The notes under the pieces are model-generated. The model saw only the letters and a program-made list of their open reading frames with translations. It was not told where the DNA came from and made no database searches. A DNA stretch of 63,840 nucleotides, taken from Octopus bimaculoides (Eukaryota). Where the stretch lies: contig NC_068993.1 of assembly GCF_001194135.2 (NCBI RefSeq), forward strand, positions 19,383,926-19,447,765, read 5' to 3'. Position numbers and translations under genes: made by a program. Of the stretch, positions 62,218-63,840 are shown one piece after another (the stretch's first letter is position 1; each line of letters begins with the position of its first letter).

Positions 62218-63213
62218 NNNNNNNNNNNNNNNNNNNNNNNNNNNNNNNNNNNNNNNNNNNNNNNNNNNNNNNNNNNNNNNNNNNNNNNNNNNNNNNNNNN
62301 NNNNNNNNNNNNNNNNNNNNNNNNNNNNNNNNNNNNNNNNNNNNNNNNNNNNNNNNNNNNNNNNNNNNNNNNNNNNNNNNNNNNNNNNNNNNNNNNNNNN
62401 NNNNNNNNNNNNNNNNNNNNNNNNNNNNNNNNNNNNNNNNNNNNNNNNNNNNNNNNNNNNNNNNNNNNNNNNNNNNNNNNNNNNNNNNNNNNNNNNNNNN
62501 NNNNNNNNNNNNNNNNNNNNNNNNNNNNNNNNNNNNNNNNNNNNNNNNNNNNNNNNNNNNNNNNNNNNNNNNNNNNNNNNNNNNNNNNNNNNNNNNNNNN
62601 NNNNNNNNNNNNNNNNNNNNNNNNNNNNNNNNNNNNNNNNNNNNNNNNNNNNNNNNNNNNNNNNNNNNNNNNNNNNNNNNNNNNNNNNNNNNNNNNNNNN
62701 NNNNNNNNNNNNNNNNNNNNNNNNNNNNNNNNNNNNNNNNNNNNNNNNNNNNNNNNNNNNNNNNNNNNNNNNNNNNNNNNNNNNNNNNNNNNNNNNNNNN
62801 NNNNNNNNNNNNNNNNNNNNNNNNNNNNNNNNNNNNNNNNNNNNNNNNNNNNNNNNNNNNNNNNNNNNNNNNNNNNNNNNNNNNNNNNNNNNNNNNNNNN
62901 NNNNNNNNNNNNNNNNNNNNNNNNNNNNNNNNNNNNNNNNNNNNNNNNNNNNNNNNNNNNNNNNNNNNNNNNNNNNNNNNNNNNNNNNNNNNNNNNNNNN
63001 NNNNNNNNNNNNNNNNNNNNNNNNNNNNNNNNNNNNNNNNNNNNNNNNNNNNNNNNNNNNNNNNNNNNNNNNNNNNNNNNNNNNNNNNNNNNNNNNNNNN
63101 NNNNNNNNNNNNNNNNNNNNNNNNNNNNNNNNNNNNNNNNNNNNNNNNNNNNNNNNNNNNNNNNTATATATATATATATAGATACATATATATATATGTA
63201 TATTTGGATGTGA

Positions 63214-63263
<50 letters not shown>

Positions 63264-63387
63264 TTATATGTATAAATACATGTGTGTGTGTGCATCTGTG
63301 CGGGTGTATGTGTGTATGTATGTATGTCTATCTATCTGGTTGTGTGTGTTTGTGTGTGTGCGTGTCTGTGTGTGTGTGTATGTGTGT

Positions 63388-63431
<44 letters not shown>

Positions 63432-63797
63432 CACGATGTATAAGTAGCAAAAATGAGAGGAAGAAAATATTACTAGCGATGATTTGACCATTGTTCGTTA
63501 TAACGGGCGATAGAACTTCTTCAAGTTGTTATACGCAGATTATGTGCAGTTTTGTTATCCATTCGATAAGTAGTTAACTTCATTCGTCAGTGACTGCTAA
63601 AAGACTTGTGGAAAAGGAGATAGAGAAAGGAGAAGAAGACAGGGGACCTCTCTGTGTTGATAAGCAGAAAGGCTCAAAGTTAAATGCTGTCATTTTGACA
63701 AGCCATAAATTAAGGCATACGCTCCATTCAAACGTGTGCAAAGACATATAGGCAGAATAGTTGGCGGACGTTTCTTTTCCATGCTTCAGCAGATGTA

Positions 63798-63840
<43 letters not shown>

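Larger units (their letters stand above)
609..63164. other. About 20 assembly gaps (N runs, e.g. 609-1313, 1839-2282, 6324-6813, 22842-23419, 30706-31247, 37585-38378, 42368-42756, 56312-56869, 62218-63164)
   Basis: N runs, mostly bounded by (TA)n or (CA)n tracts, typical of short-read scaffolding across microsatellites. Confidence 0.95.

Noticed and set aside
504-63295. Long ORFs containing X runs, or YIYI, HTHT, VCVC, poly-K, poly-N and poly-D stretches
   Set aside because: Artefacts of N gaps and microsatellites; no codon or domain signal.
63545-63597. Minus-strand CTGACGA..GAAT with GCAGT/ACTGC flanks
   Set aside because: GAAT instead of GAAA, a poor helix II and no sibling copies.

Overview
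AT-rich, microsatellite-saturated eukaryotic DNA with many N gaps, most flanked by (TA)n. From recalled repeat families it is almost certainly an octopus (Octopus-like cephalopod) short-read assembly; this is inference. I recognise no host protein-coding gene; nearly all long ORFs in the track are N-gap or microsatellite artefacts. The identifiable content is transposon-derived: decayed LINEs (Penelope-like GIY-YIG, RTE x2, CR1-like x2, R4/Dong x3, HERO-like RLE), a mariner deletion derivative, a Tc1 fossil, two hAT MITEs and about 30 copies of three tRNA-derived SINE families, here called A, B and C. The most interesting signal is a short repeat present five times that carries a minimal type I hammerhead ribozyme motif (gtcg-CTGA(T/A)GA-N-GTCACA/TGTGAC-GAAA..TTTC-cgac). 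It occurs twice as outward-facing inverted pairs and once downstream of a Penelope ORF. The window also shows two SINE/LINE partnerships directly: an RTE bipartite element, and a SINE-A tail matching the CR1 3' UTR. All alignments and translations were done by eye.
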